A stretch of 64,000 nucleotides of DNA from Tubulanus polymorphus (Eukaryota > Animalia > Nemertea). The DNA is taken from NCBI RefSeq assembly GCF_964204645.1, contig NC_134030.1, positions 20,668,210 through 20,732,209 on the forward strand, in the 5' to 3' direction. Under the pieces are notes generated by a model that had not been told where the DNA came from, made no database searches, and was given only the letters and a program-made list of their open reading frames with translations. Positions 1 through 13,880 of this stretch are shown piece by piece; the first letter of the stretch is position 1; each line of letters begins with the position of its first letter. The translations under genes and the position numbers were made by a program.

Positions 1-2100
1 GGAGTGGAAGTGAGTCAAAAAGCTCAAAACTCTGAAATTACCAAAAGTTAGTCTCCATTGCATTTTAGTTATGTTATATCTAGAGTTATTGGCTTATTTC
101 ATTCGAGACAAGTTTTTGCAGTTTGACCTCATTCCTGAGTTATTACGAGGTCACATCAGTTACGTTGCTCGATAACGAGTCTTAACTTCCTAGTTTTGTC
201 GCTAGATGGTGCACTGGGACCATCATTTGCACTGCACAACTTGACTAATGGACAAGTATATGTAACCAAGTTTAATGAAGATCGAATCGCTATAATTTAG
301 AAGCTTAGTAGATGATATACATACACAAATAAACATGGCCACACAATGGTCTCACTGAAGACCGAGAACCAGAGATTTCAACATTAAAAACATTTCATAA
401 TGGAACTGAAGAAGAACCTTGCATAGGATGAGGTGGCACCAGAAAGTTGCTGTAAAACCAACTTAAAGAATCAAATATGGTTCGAATACCCATTGACGGC
501 ATAAACGGACATCGTGAGAACGATAAAAAACGATCGATAAGCGAAGTTACATTTTTTATTCCCTCAACCTGCAATATTCATAAATTCTGATCAGAATGAT
601 GTAGAACACAGCTGGCTGGATTTTATTATCCAGTTTTTTTCTCACCGACTTGATATTGCCTTTTGACTGAATCGGTTTTTAAGACAGTTCAACTCAAATC
701 CAATCATAATGTGATAGAGCTAATAGCAGGACAATAATTGAAGACCTACGACCGATGCACAGTAAGATATTACAACCGATCACCGAAATAAGTTTTTACT
801 GATTGACTGTCATATTAATGGAAAACGTAACGGTGTTCTGGGCAAAACAACCTTAAACGAATGAACAAACTAGAATGCACAAAGTCACAGCCGTCTAAGG
901 GATATACCTGAAACGGAAAATAGAAAGATTCAAATAGGGTTCGAAGGGATCGGATCATGCGTAACTGGAAATGATTGGGGAAGGGTGGCACAATTGAGAA
1001 TGAGAAAGATTTTAGATTAAAAAGTCAATTTCTCTAAGTAAAACTCGCTTCCATAGTCAGTTTGTTACGACAATGATTCTTTCAACAGCGTGAAACAACC
1101 ATCGTACTAGCTCATATTACTATCAAATTTTTCCTTCGATTGTATCAGAAAGCATCTATACTGTTTCCCTTTCAATTAAGCGCATTTACTCATCGACCCG
1201 ATCAGCTTCGCTGGATTTAGTGCTATGTGTGGTCAATTATATGAAAATGAGATATACGTAAAAGAACCGTATCAACTCACCTCAATTCGTGTCGAAAAAA
1301 TGAAGGCTATTCATCGGACACAGTTTTACATGTTTTTGTCACTGAATTAACCACACCTGTATCATGCAATTGATGATTATGCTTCATCGAGGACATATCC
1401 AGAGACATGTGTCACGACGATTATCATCAATGATTACGGGCGCGTGTCCTTCGTATGACAACGGTTGGTTTCAAAGTTCCGTAGTGCCAGATAGCAGCAT
1501 TTTCCCAAATCCACGTGAAGCCACTTTAACCATATTTGAGTTGAGTTGACCGTAAGAATGCCATTGCCTGCGGTTCATCCGTAAAACTGTGGAGTAGATA
1601 ACGAAATAGTTAATATTAGATAAATCAGTGAAACCCCTAACTATTTTCGTCGAGTCAAAATAGGATATGCGCTTTCTTCTTGGAAATTGGGAATGCATTG
1701 ACAAAGTTACCAACGTCATAATGACGAATCAACTTCGAGCTCAAGTTTATTATCAATAACATATAAGCAAAGAAACAAAAAAGATATAGCTTGAAACTTA
1801 CAACGAGCCTTAAGTGTTGGCCAAGCGCAGTTCGAAGATCGTTATTGCGAGCATCAAATTCGAGGGAAATGTTCAAAAGAAAATTACACTAGGATTACAG
1901 GATTTAGGATTACAATTGAAATCCTTTTGTATCTATTTTAACTTTTTTAGGAGATAAGTTGTATGTTCGGTAAATTCGGGATTAGATTTCATTCCAATGG
2001 TCTAATAATATACATCTGCTCACCGACCAATCCACCAATGACGTCCACGCATGAAGAATGAGCCCATTGAAATTTCAATTCAAGCCATTTCTAGAAAAAG

Positions 2101-2242
2101 ATAATCAATTACTGACAACTTCCTGGGCCATGAAAAAGAAATTCCAGGCACATGTGGAAGTGATTCATGTGCCGGTAAAGTATATAAACCGATTTCAAAA
2201 ATAACTCAACATCTTATCTTGGGAAAGAACTCATAACTGCAG
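2101..2242 (+). promoter_or_regulatory. Core promoter and non-coding exon 1 of GY1 (module shared by the cluster)
   Basis: TAATCAATTAC, E-box CATGTG at 2151, GTGATTCATG, TATATAAA at 2181, then ATCTTATCTTGG..GAACTC..CTGCAG|GT. Homologous blocks lie upstream of the other six paralogues (less complete in GY3 and GY7). Confidence 0.75.
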
Positions 2243-2325
2243 GTAACATTATGTTGATCACTAAAACATTTTCAGTAGCATCGATATATTTCACTGTTTA
2301 ACGTGGTTTGTTTATTTTCAACAGA

Positions 2326-3434
2326 ATGAAGTTAGTTTTCCTTGTCACGATGGCCCTTGTGGCCTTGGCTTCGGCCGGTCCAGGTAATTAAGTCGATTTC
2401 GAATTAAAGGTTGTTCGAGTACCTCATAGCTTGACATTTTTATAATCGGTTATTCTTCAGGCTACGATTACGGATACGGAGGTTCTGGATACGGAGGTTC
2501 TGGATACGGAGGTTCTGGATACGGAGGTTCTGGATACGGAGGTTCTGGATACGGAGGTTCTAGATACGGCGGCTCTAGATACGGAGGTTCTGGATACGGA
2601 GGCTCTGGATACGGAGGCTCTGGTTATGAAGAGTCAAACGGAGGTTATGAAGAGTCAAACGGAGGTTATGAAGAGTCATACGACAATAACGAAGAGTCAT
2701 ACGGAGGCTCTGGTTATGAAGAGTCATACGGAGACTCTGGTTATGAAGAGTCATACGGAGACTCTGGTTATGAAGAGTCATACGGAGGTCAAGAAGAGTC
2801 ATACGGCAATAACGAAGAGTCATACGGAGGCTCTGGATACGAGGCTGGATACGGAGGCTCTGGTTATGAAGAGTCATACGGAGGTCACGAAGAGTCATAC
2901 GGAGGCTCTGGTTATGAAGAGTCATACGGAGCTTCTGGTTATGAGGCTGGATATGGAGGCTCTCATTATGGGGCTGGATACGGAGGCAATGGATATGATG
3001 AGTCCATTTACGGTGGCAATGTGTATGAGGCCGGATATGGAGGCTATGGACATGAAGAATCATACAGAGCTGGATACGGAGGTCGTGGTTATGAGGCCGG
3101 ATACGGAGGTCATGGTTATGAGGCCGGATACGGAGGTCATGGTTATGAAGCTGGGTATGGAGGAAATGGTTATGAAGAGTCATACGGAGGTGGATATGGA
3201 GAGGAGTCATACGGAGGTCGTGGTTATGAAGAGTCATACGGAGGTGGATACGGAGGCTCTGAAGAGTCATACGGGGGTCGAGGCTACGACGAATCGTACG
3301 GAGGCTCAAGATACGAAGACTATGGTCGATCAGGTAGTGATTACGAATCTGAACCAGCTGGACCAGCTCCAACAACTTACGTGCCTGAACCAACTCCAAC
3401 ATCAAGTTACGTACCTGAACCAACTCCAACATAA
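2326..3434 (+). CDS. Secreted Gly/Tyr/Glu-rich repeat protein, paralogue GY1 (~343 aa)
   Basis: CDS join(2326..2383,2461..3434). The signal-peptide exon [19 protein letters not shown] follows cag|a and ends in a phase-1 GT-AG intron. Then come GGSGY and GYEESYGG repeats, DYGRSG and a PEPTPT tail. TATATAAA at 2181; non-coding exon 1 ends at 2242; 3'UTR intron 3474..3628; AATAAA at 3726. Confidence 0.9.
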
Positions 3435-4616
3435 AGTTATGTGCCTCAACGGTTACAGAGCAGAGATATAAATGTAAGTAGTGAACAACATTATCTAAAC
3501 TTAATCAATATGAAAAACATTCTCAGACAAGTACTTCGAGCAGAAATTGATCTATTGATCTGAGCGTCAATGATACCAGGTTAAGATGAAATTCTAAATA
3601 CTGCTTAACTTGATTTTTTCCATTACAGGAACCAAAAGATTCAAGTGCTAGTACAAGTACTGAAGATCCAAGAGGTAGTCGAGCCAAAATACCGATGAAT
3701 TTCATTTATTGTAAACTTCTGCAAAAATAAAAATAATGTCTAATAGACGGAAACATGATAAATTGTCGTTACCGATTGATACTGAAAAGAAATTTTGCGA
3801 GCATCGGATATTCGTCTCTCAAATCCGATCTCGTAATAGATTCGTAGTAGCAGCGCTCGTCCAAGTTAGTATTTTAGTATTCTACACTGCTTGACATGCC
3901 TAAGAAGGATCAATATACCTTAGGCATTCGCTGAAATAATATGTTGAAATTCTAGAATTTGGGAGAAAACTGATGTGAGTCGATGCGAAACTGACAGCCA
4001 CAAGGGGTCTGGAGAGACTAAAGTATCTATCAAAACATTCGGAATTTGTTGTAACTTTTGCGCCGTTGTATTGATTTTAATGGCTGTTAGGTTTAAGGTT
4101 TAGTCATGCTAATATGAGAGACGTCTTTGCATACTTCGAAGGTCGTTATTGCGAGCATCAAATTAGAGGGAAATGTTCAAAAGAAAATAATCTGAGTAAT
4201 CTTGAAATCCTCTTGTATTTATAGTTAAACTTTTTTAGGAGATCAGTTGTATGTTCGGTACATTCGAAATTAAATTTCTTTTGATAATCTAATTATATAC
4301 ATCTGCTCACCGACCAATACACCAATGACGTCCACGCGTGAAAAATGAGGCCATTGAAATTTCTATTCAAGCCATTTCTAGAAAAAAATAATCAATTACT
4401 GACAACTTCCTGTGCAATTAGAAAAGAAATTCCACGCATCTGTTGTAGTGATTCATGTGCAGGTAAACTATATATACCGATTTCAAAAATAACTCAACAT
4501 CTTATCTTGGGAAAGAACTCATAACTGCAGGTAAGAATATTCTGTTGAAAATTAAAACATTATCAATATTATCGATATATTACACTGTTTAATGTGGTTT
4601 GATTATTTTCAACAGA

Positions 4617-5809
4617 ATGAAGTTAGTTTTCCTTGTCACGATGGCCCTTGTGGCCTTGGCTTCAGCCGGTCCAGGTAATTAAGTTGATCTCGAATTACCT
4701 GTTGTTGGAATACCTCCTCGCTTGACATTTTTATCTTCGGTTATTCTTCAGGCTACGATTACGGATACGGAGGTTCTAGATACGGAGGCTCTGGATACGG
4801 AGGTTATGGATACGGAGGCTCTGGATATGAAGAATCATACGGGGATGGATACGGAGGTGGATACGGTGCTGGGCACGAAGAGTCATACGGAGGATATGAA
4901 GAATCATACGTAGGTGGATACGGAGATCATGAAGAGTCTTACAGAGGTTATGAACAGTCATACGGAGATCATGAAGAGTCATATGGAGGTTATGAAGAGT
5001 CATACGGCAATAACGAAGAAACATACGGAGGCTCTGGTTATGAAGAGTCATACGGAGGCTCTGGATACGAGGCAGGATATGGAGGCTCTCATTATGGGGC
5101 TGGATATGGAGGCTCTCATTATGGGGCTGGATACGGAGGCAATGGATATGATGAGTCCATTTACGTTGGCAATGTGTATGAGGCCGGATATGGGGGCTAT
5201 GGACATGAAGAATCATACGGAGCTGGATACGGAGGTCGTGGTTATGAGGCCGGATACGGAGGTCATGGTTATGAGGCTGGGTATGGAGGTCATGGTTATG
5301 AGGCTGGGTACGGAGGAAATGGTCATGAAGAGTCATACGGAGGCGGGTACGGAGAGGAGTCATACGGAGGTCGTGGTTATGAAGAGTCATACGGAGGTGG
5401 ATACGGAGGCTCTGAAGAGTCATACGGAGGTGGATACGGAGGCTCTGAAGAGTCATACGGAGGTCGAGGCTATGACGAATCTTACGGAGGCTCAAGATAC
5501 GAAGACTATGGTCGATCAGGTAGTGATTACGAATCTGAACCAGCTGGACCAGCTCCAACAACGTACGTGCCTGAACCAAATCCAACATCAAGTTACGTGC
5601 CTGACCCAACTCCAACAACAGAAACAAGTACAATTAAATGTAAGTAGTCAACAAAATCATCTAAACTGAATCAATATGACAATTGTTGTAACGTTCTCAC
5701 ACAAGTACTTCGAGCAAACAATTGATCCATTGATCTGAGCGTCAATGATACCAGGTTAAGATGAAATGCTAAATACTGCTAAACGTGATTTTTCCATTAC
5801 ATTTCAGGA
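4617..5809 (+). CDS. Secreted Gly/Tyr/Glu-rich repeat protein, paralogue GY2 (~315 aa)
   Basis: CDS join(4617..4674,4752..5639,5808..5809), with the TGA stop formed across the last intron. If that intron is retained the frame ends at TAG 5647. Near-identical to GY1 in promoter, introns and 3' exon; TATA at 4469. Confidence 0.88.
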
Positions 5810-6449
5810 ACCGAAAGATTCAAGTGCTAGTACAAGCAAGTACTGAAGATCCATGAGGTAGTCGAACCAAAATACCGATGAATTTCATTTATTGTAAACA
5901 TCTGCAAAAATAGAATGTCTAATAGACAGAAACATTATATTGTCGTCACCGATAGATAGTGGCATGCAATTTTGCGAGCATCAGATATTCGACTCTCAAA
6001 CCCGATCTCGCGAACTTCCGAGCACAATACCTCGAAATAAGTCTCGTTTCAGCGCTCACCTTTAACATTTTAGTATTCTACACTGTTTGACATGCCTGAG
6101 AAGGATCAATGTGCCTAATGCAGTCGCTGAAATAGTAGGTTGCAATTTTGGGGAAAAAACAATTTGAGTCGGCACGTCGCTGACAGGCACAAGGAGTCCG
6201 GAGAGAGTATCTATCACTACAGTCGAGATTGCCTTTCTGCCGTTATATTGTCGACCGAAATGGCTGATGAGGGCCATAACGTAAAATTCCTGCGCCTAAA
6301 ATTTATGCAAATGATGACACCAGAACGCCAGAACGCCAAAACGAGAAAAAAACATCAATATTTTCTCTTAAACTCCGTTTTGGCGCGACAAAACAAAGAA
6401 TATACCGTATGCGTGCTGCGTTCTTGATAATTATGTCACTGGGAGAGCC

Positions 6450-7143
6450 CTTATAAAAGCCAAGTAATTTGCTTACCCAAGTGATTTCCTTCTGAAGGGC
6501 TTTCCCAGTGATATCATTATCAAGGAATATGATCAAGCATCAATTAGTAGAATGGGGAAAAGTTCATTGAAATATTGCTAATTTTCTCCCAGTATTTCCA
6601 AACGGCTTCGAGCTGATATAACGCAATTTCTCATAAGAATTGCAACACCTCTCTCCCTCCTAATGACATAATATCAGCTGTATACATCCAGTGGTTAAAA
6701 TTTGTTACTCTCAACACAAGTTATCCTAGAAATAGAATGAAATTCGTTCGGGCGGGTGTCAGATTGTCTTTTGTCGGTCTTTTTTCATTATATTGGGGTT
6801 CGAATTTACTGGTACTACGAGCCACGAGTTGGTAATGAAGTTGAAATGTTACCTTGCGGTAGATGAGCAGTGGCGATAAATCTGCTTGCAAAAATAATGT
6901 GAAATTGGACACAGGCACCCCAAATCTGTCTACTTTGGTACTTCGTGTCAAGTTATTCAATGCATGTTGAAGAATGTAAAGTATATTTTGACAAGGTTTT
7001 CGTTCATTGGCCGATAGCACATGTAATGAGTTCTGGTGTGATTAATGCCCAAAAACCCTCCTCTTCTAGGGACATTTTTCTTGTTAAGGTTGGCCAGCTA
7101 AAGTAGTTTCCAAATATTTCTATAAAATTGATGCCTGTCTGGT

Positions 7144-7212
<69 letters not shown>

Positions 7213-7600
7213 GCACATCCGAAGAGCAGTTGAGGATTGAACAGCTTAGCTTGTGGTTTTTCAGTGCTCCAGCTAGTCTAAATATCAGACGTAATTTAAG
7301 CATTTGCGTCATTTTATTATTCTAGAGAATTCTACATATCATCATCATAGTTCTTAGCGATAATAACTGCATTCCGAATTTAAAAAAAAAAATGTCTAAA
7401 ATAGGCTCAAATGAACAATTCATCTCCACTACGTAAGACTGTTACGATGCCGCCAGCTGGTCTGCCGGTGCGTCATCTGCCCTACGTACATACGTACTAA
7501 CTTTACTTGAATTCCTTGAACACATATCTAGCTCTGCTCAAGGACGACATACCAATAATCGGCGGAGAAAATTCGTGCCATAATCATGGCAGTTGCGATT
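6450..7600 (-). mobile_element. Highly decayed LINE endonuclease-region remnant
   Basis: Fragments GRPAGGIVTV (~7470-7440) and RSTKVDRFG (~6945-6919) resemble APE-domain motifs; many stops. Confidence 0.4.
7146..7209. repeat. (TA)n microsatellite
   Basis: Uninterrupted TA run of ~64 nt. Confidence 0.98.
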
Positions 7601-8769
7601 AATCCGGACAGTAAAAGACTACACGGAACACATCACAACCTGTTGCCCTTGTTCATTCGAAGTTCACGTGAATCTTTATTTACGATTTTCCTGAGAGAAA
7701 TGTTCCTTGAATAGTTTAGTAGGCGAATCTTGAAAAATAATACTAAACAACAACAACAAGCGAAATGAAATCCTCAGTTGCCAATACTATGATCTGCTTC
7801 GATTTCAACAGAGATGTATGTCCTACCGACACAGATAAAACCTCGCGGATCATCGGCTACTGTAAGTGTAATCCTCTATTGCCGCAATGTCCTACTGCGA
7901 CATCTTGGGAATCCTCACTTGCCCCATAATCATATTTTTGCCGTGGTAGTTGATGTCCAACTGCACACTCGTGACACCTGGTGGATCATCACTTGCCACA
8001 AGTGGAATCCTCTATCTCTGCAGAAGTTGTTGTCGTCCTCTGCACACACAAGCGACACCCGTTTGACCAGCACTGGCTACAAGTGGAATCCACAATTATC
8101 CAGGTTGTTGATGCCCTGCTGCCCGATAGCGACACCAGGGAAATCAACAATAAACACTCTAGTAGCTATGGCGATTACCTGATGGATGAATGAATGAATG
8201 ACTAGCTGGTGCATGGGGATCTCAATTTGATCAACTTTATATCAAGTTCTATTGCAATTACGAACCGCATCTGACAAATGCTAATTGAGGCACAGTACAC
8301 GCGGATTCGTAACTGACACGAGTATTTATATACTAATAGTCATCTGTAGTCGGTTTCATAGTTGATGGTTAACATTCAACTTTTGAGTCAAAATAAGGAA
8401 TTCTAACTCTGGAAGCCAAACTTACCCCTGTGGAACCGGACTTTTATTACAATCGGTGACATGAAACTAACAAAAGAATTCGAAGACCTTGAACTAAAGC
8501 GATTGTGTCTAGTGATAAATGATTTCAGATCTCGAGATAACCTTTTTGACTTTTGCTCTAATAGCGCTTAAAAGAGATATTAAAGACATCTGTTGGCGTG
8601 ATGAATAGCCAGGCATGTGATTATAAAGCAACTCGAAATCCGATCCGGTATCTTACCTTGGAAAAGAACTCTCAACTGCATGTAAGGTTAATCATTTGGA
8701 ATAACTTATTATTCAAAATCCTTCTTATAATGTTTAAGTTGTTATGCTTTCACCTATTATGTTCGCAGG

Positions 8770-9901
8770 ATGAATTTAGTTTTCCTTGTCATGATGGCCC
8801 TTGTGGCCATGGCTGTTGCAGCTAGAGGTAAGTCATTTTGTCAACATTTGCATCCCCGTTGACATACGATATCATCATTTTCTCAATTCGTCCAGACTTT
8901 CCAATAATTGAAAATGAACTACAAACACCACACATTAGATATTTTATCGGCACAATATCAAACAGCAATCGTCGAAACTTCTTCAACGAACAGTCAAACG
9001 TCGTACTATAATATATGAACACAATCAAATTAATTGTCTTCTGTATTCCTCAGGTTATGGATACGGAAACCGCTACGGTTATGGAGGTGATACTGAGTAC
9101 GGCTATGGAAGCGGCGAGTACGGCTATAGAGGCGATGGTTACGGCTATGGAGGCGATGGTTACGGCTATGGAGGCGATGGTTACGGTTATGGAGGCGATG
9201 GTTACGGTTATGGAGGTGAGATCGAATACGGCTATGTTTACGAGGAGGTTGGGCACGGCTATGGCTACGGAGGTGAAGACGAATACGGCTATGGATACGG
9301 AGTCGAGGACTATAGTTACGGATACGGAGAGGCTGGGCACGGCTACGGATATGGCGATGAAGTTGAATACGGATACGGCTATGGAGGCAATAAAGAAAAC
9401 AGCTATGGTGGTGAGACCGAGTACGGCTATAGGGGCATTGAGTACGGCTATAGTGGTGAAGAGAACAGCTACGGGTATGGGGGTAAAAATGAGTACGGCT
9501 ATAGTGGTGAAGAGGACAGCTATGGATATGGGGGCAATAATGAGTACGGCTATGGAGGCGAAGAGAACAGCTACGGGTATGGGGGTAATAATGAGTACGG
9601 CTATGTAGGCGAAGAGAACAGCTACGGGTATAGGGGTAATAATGAGTACGGCTATGTAGGCGAAGAGAACAGCTACGGGTATGGGGGTAAGAATGAGTAC
9701 GGCTATGGAGGTGAAGATGAATACAGCTACGGGTATGGGGGCAATAATGAGTACGGCTATAGAGGCGTAGAGAACAGCTATGGATATGCAGGTGAATCCG
9801 GATATGGGCGTTCTGACTCGAACCCACCTGTAACCTTATACCAAGCACCAAGCACAACCGCACCAACCACAACTGCACCACCCACCATGCCACCACCATA
9901 A
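8770..9901 (+). CDS. Secreted GYGY-rich repeat protein, paralogue GY3 (~301 aa)
   Basis: CDS join(8770..8827,9054..9901). Signal MNLVFLVMMALVAMAVAAR, then (E/S)YGYGG repeats, GYGRSD and a Pro/Thr tail ending TMPPP*. TATAAA at 8622; 3'UTR intron 9905..10188; AATAAA at 10250. The true frame is absent from the ORF track. Confidence 0.88.
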
Positions 9902-10818
9902 AATGTAAGTTTTTGTTTTTGATCAAAAGTAATTTTCAAATAATTTGTTTTTGAGGCGTCTTTTTTCTCAGTGTTTGTCTTCCTTACTACTAAACCCCAA
10001 CGTTTACGCAATCTATTTATACTTCTCGGACTAGCCTTATTCCACAGCTAGAATACGGAGTCGAAGTTGCAGTTTATGGTACCCAGCTTCTGAATTTTAT
10101 CGTCCACTTTATTATTGAGCTGCTGACTCGAAATGAATTCAATGATATCAACCAACAATATAGATATATGTCGATTCTTATTTTCCAGAAGCTAAAAAGT
10201 GTCGGTTAAAAAGTGTTAAGTATTTACATTTATTGTCAAAATCTGCCAAAATAAAATGTCTATGACCAAATTAACCGTTGTCCTTTGTGTTAGAGTCATT
10301 TCATCTAATTTTGTGACGTGGTAACCGAGTATGGACAATCTTGATTTGGAAAATTTTGATTGAAAAGCATATATGGGTAGGATAACAATGGATCAGTTTT
10401 ACCGTGAAAGAATCGGGGAAAATGTCGTATTGGTCGGTTTATCCAAACTTACAGTTGAAACGCTATTGCGACATTAGATGATTCTACTTGTGGCAAGTGA
10501 CCACCAGATGTGGCTAGTGTGCAGTAGAACACAGACTACTACGGGAATTGTAGATTCTACTTTTGGCAAATAAGGGTGACTCCGGTGTAGCTAGTGTACA
10601 GTACGACATCGATTACTGCGGCAATAAAGAATTCTATGTGGCAGCGAGGATTTGCCAAGTGCCGCGTTTAGACATCAACATTATGATAATAGAGAATCCC
10701 TAAGAAAATTATCAGCATCTTAAAAGCTGATCGCCAAGAATTCACCAGGTCTCCATTCTCCATCACTATTAATAACCAGACATGTTCCTACCGACATTTT
10801 TCGACATACACGGAAGGT

Positions 10819-11140
10819 CATCCTCCCGCGGCAGGGATTCGAACCTGATGGCATCGATATAGCCACGGTACGAAACCCTGCCACACTAGCCCGAGTGTGC
10901 AGATGATTTCATTGAGATGATTTCATTATTAGCCAATCAGATCACGCGTTTTAGTTTAGCCCGGGTTTTCACTTTCTTCCATGAAATTTACCCCAGCGAT
11001 TATACAACTTAGCAATCTGATTGGTGCCTCAATTTTTTGTGCGGTAAACCTGCGCATGTACCTGCACAACCGGTCTAGTGTGGCAAGGGTTCGTGCCGTG
11101 GCTACTCAGTGTAGGTTCGAATCCTTGCCGAGGGAGGATG
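10819..11140. mobile_element. TIR MITE (CATCCTCCC..GGCAGGGATTCGAACC termini), 9-bp TSD
   Basis: Inverted termini flanked by the direct repeat ACGGAAGGT (10810-10818 and 11141-11149). Related copies at 56447-56784 and 16348-16575. Confidence 0.85.
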
Positions 11141-13574
11141 ACGGAAGGTTAGATGCGGCCGGACTTCAGGTGATAGTATGATGGGGAGGAGCAAACAGCG
11201 GACCATAACTTACGAATTAACAACAGCTCATTACTAAAGAATCTGCAACCCCAATTGTATATTTCATTACTAGATATACATAAACATCATATACATACAT
11301 GCCATTGATGTATATATTAGTGATGAGCTAATACAAATATTAATTTGTAAATCTACGTCGGACACTCGAAAATAATGATATTCTTCCATATTGTCAAGCA
11401 TTTAGTTGATTTGTATTTTGTTGTTTCATTTTATCGATTATCCCAAGAGCAAGTGAATATCGATGAGCTAAACTTGTAATTTTTCAGGGCTCCTATTGGG
11501 CTTTCAGAAAATTTGTTATTGAGCTTTCAGTTATCAGCACTTTTGAACAAAAGCAAACAAGAATATACGAAACCTGGAATTCATAGCCAGTGTTGCTATT
11601 GCCAGACTACCGTACGTTAATGCTTGCGCATAAAAATTAATAGTTCTGTAAATGATCATGTCTTGGAATGACGTAAGTATCCGGGTATGAAAACCTAAAT
11701 ATCGCGCGGCCTTGAACTCTGGTTGGTGCAAAAAGCATTTCAAGCATATTGTGACGTGTGTAGGAACGTAAACTTTCCATACATGGGTCGGTGGAAAACC
11801 ATATGTGGTAAAGGCCTGCACACGTTACTAAACCGTAAACGATATAGAAGGGAAGCGCTTTGAGAGATAGAATGCACACATCCAGCTAAGAAAAATAAAG
11901 ATGGATAGATAGTGAAGTAATTCGAGTTGTTTTACAAAGAGGATTATAAGCGGATGAGATCTACAACAACAACAACATAAGAAAAGATTTCACCAAAACC
12001 TTGACGCTGGAGGGAAGATACATCATCCCACACTTCTAGCCAACTACAACACTCCTAGCTAAAATGTCAGACAAAGCTTATCGAAATTAGTTCATCGTCA
12101 ATTAGCTATGATTTAGATTTTCATTTGCCACTTTAAAAAGACAAACAGGGTCCAACTTGAGACCAAAAATGTGGCTCGTGTTTACATTCATTGGACTTAA
12201 GAACGCATGAAGGTAAATCAAGCATTGGTGTCATTTTTGTCATTTTTTTATTCTTGCAATAACCGGAATTTTGGTTAAAATAGTGGCATTGCAGGGTACC
12301 AATCGAGTTAACTTTTCATTTCTGATGAAAATCAATTACGATAAGAAATCCTACCAAAAAACGAGAATGGAAATTTCAACCTTACATATCTTTGCAAGGG
12401 TTAAACGATGTTAATTGCATTCGAAATCAAAAAAGACACCCGTCTTAAGTTAGCTGAAATGAACAAATCATCCACACTTCGTAAAACTGATGAACTATTT
12501 TTCTTATCGCTGCAACGCTGATATGTTTATGTCTACCAATCAACCAACCCGTCGAAGACATCTATCCTGCTAGTCTTCAATAAAACAAATGTAAATTTAT
12601 TCAAAAACTATTAACAATGTTTTTCATTTTCGTCATTTGGTAAGGTTTTTATGAGGCAATGCGGGTTTCTATCATTTCATGCGAGGGAGAGAGTGTTTAC
12701 CACCACATGAATCACCAAGGCGTTGATAGGTATGCTTTAGTTAACGGTTTAAGTCCCTTGAGATGACTTTCATATTCTTGTCAAAATCGGTCACTTCATA
12801 GTCATTGTCACTTTCATAAATCGGAAATCAGTCAGTTAAAAAGGTTATACCCCACCGTAACTGCTATCGCATTTATTTTGAATAAAAATATATTACTCAG
12901 TATCCAATTATTCCGTGCCCTTATTGTATCCGGTCCTGATCGTATCCGTGCTATCAATCAGAATGATGATTCTCACGGTTGATATCTTCTGTATCTTATT
13001 TTACTTCAAATGCAGTAAATCCGTACTTCTATGAGAAAAGTTGAAACGGAACAATGTACTTTAGACAAGGAGCAGCTGAGCGCAGCTTTGAACAGGCCGC
13101 TTTCCATTCACTTGAAAAGTCGAAAATTGTAGAATCCACTTGTTGATTAATCGCACCTGTCTCACGATATAAGTGATGATTATTTCCCAATACGAAGCAT
13201 ATTGGGAACACGTTCTACGACAATAATCATATTTCTAAACCACCTGTCTCCATACACGAGACAGATTTTGATTCATGTAGACACATGTGAAACCAAAGCT
13301 CGAAGTCAAGGGGTCAAACATCTAGATGGTATCGCATACGTCTAATTAACATCCATTGATACGTATGCATTCGTCAGCAACCTTTGGAAGTATCCGTCCA
13401 AAAGATTAATCACTCATTATCGCATTTTTAAGGGATTCTGGTTCTGGTTTTATGAACGGAATTTTTCGGTTTAGGTGCTATTGGTTAACCGTTTTGGCTT
13501 AAACCCTTTCATCAAACTCAACCCAGATAACTTATATTTGGTGTTTGGTACAGATATCTGTAAGAGAATTTTAT

Positions 13575-13880
13575 TTTCACTGAATAATGTCTAGAGTGAA
13601 GTGATGAGCACATGTGAAGTGTGGCGATAAAATGTCTTTTTCAATTAGAAATATCTCCGGTGAAATGTCGAGCACATGTGAAGTGTCGACGATCACAAAC
13701 AAGTATGAAGCAACGTTTGATAAGACGAAAGAAATTACGGAAAAATTTCCCATTTTTCACTGAAGATTGTCTCGGAGTGAGGCTCTGAACACGTGTGAAA
13801 TGTGGTGATGAAATGTGTTTTTCAATTAAAACTATCGCACGTAAGATCACACGAATGAAGCAACGTTTGAGGAAAGGAAA
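13575..13880. repeat. Degenerate tandem repeat carrying CACATGTG/CACGTG, upstream of GY4
   Basis: Three gtgaa..gagcacatgtgaagtgt-like units. Confidence 0.7.

Noticed and set aside
2575-5669. Long His/Leu/Arg-rich antisense ORFs and MKSHTE-type shifted-frame ORFs over GY1/GY2 (likewise over GY3-GY7)
   Set aside because: These are shadow frames of GGA-TAC-GAA-type codon repeats that happen to lack stops. Only the Gly/Tyr frame is joined in phase to a signal exon.
7814-8193. 122-aa and 70-aa ORFs upstream of GY3
   Set aside because: No recognisable domain or splice context; they lie beside decayed LINE-like sequence.
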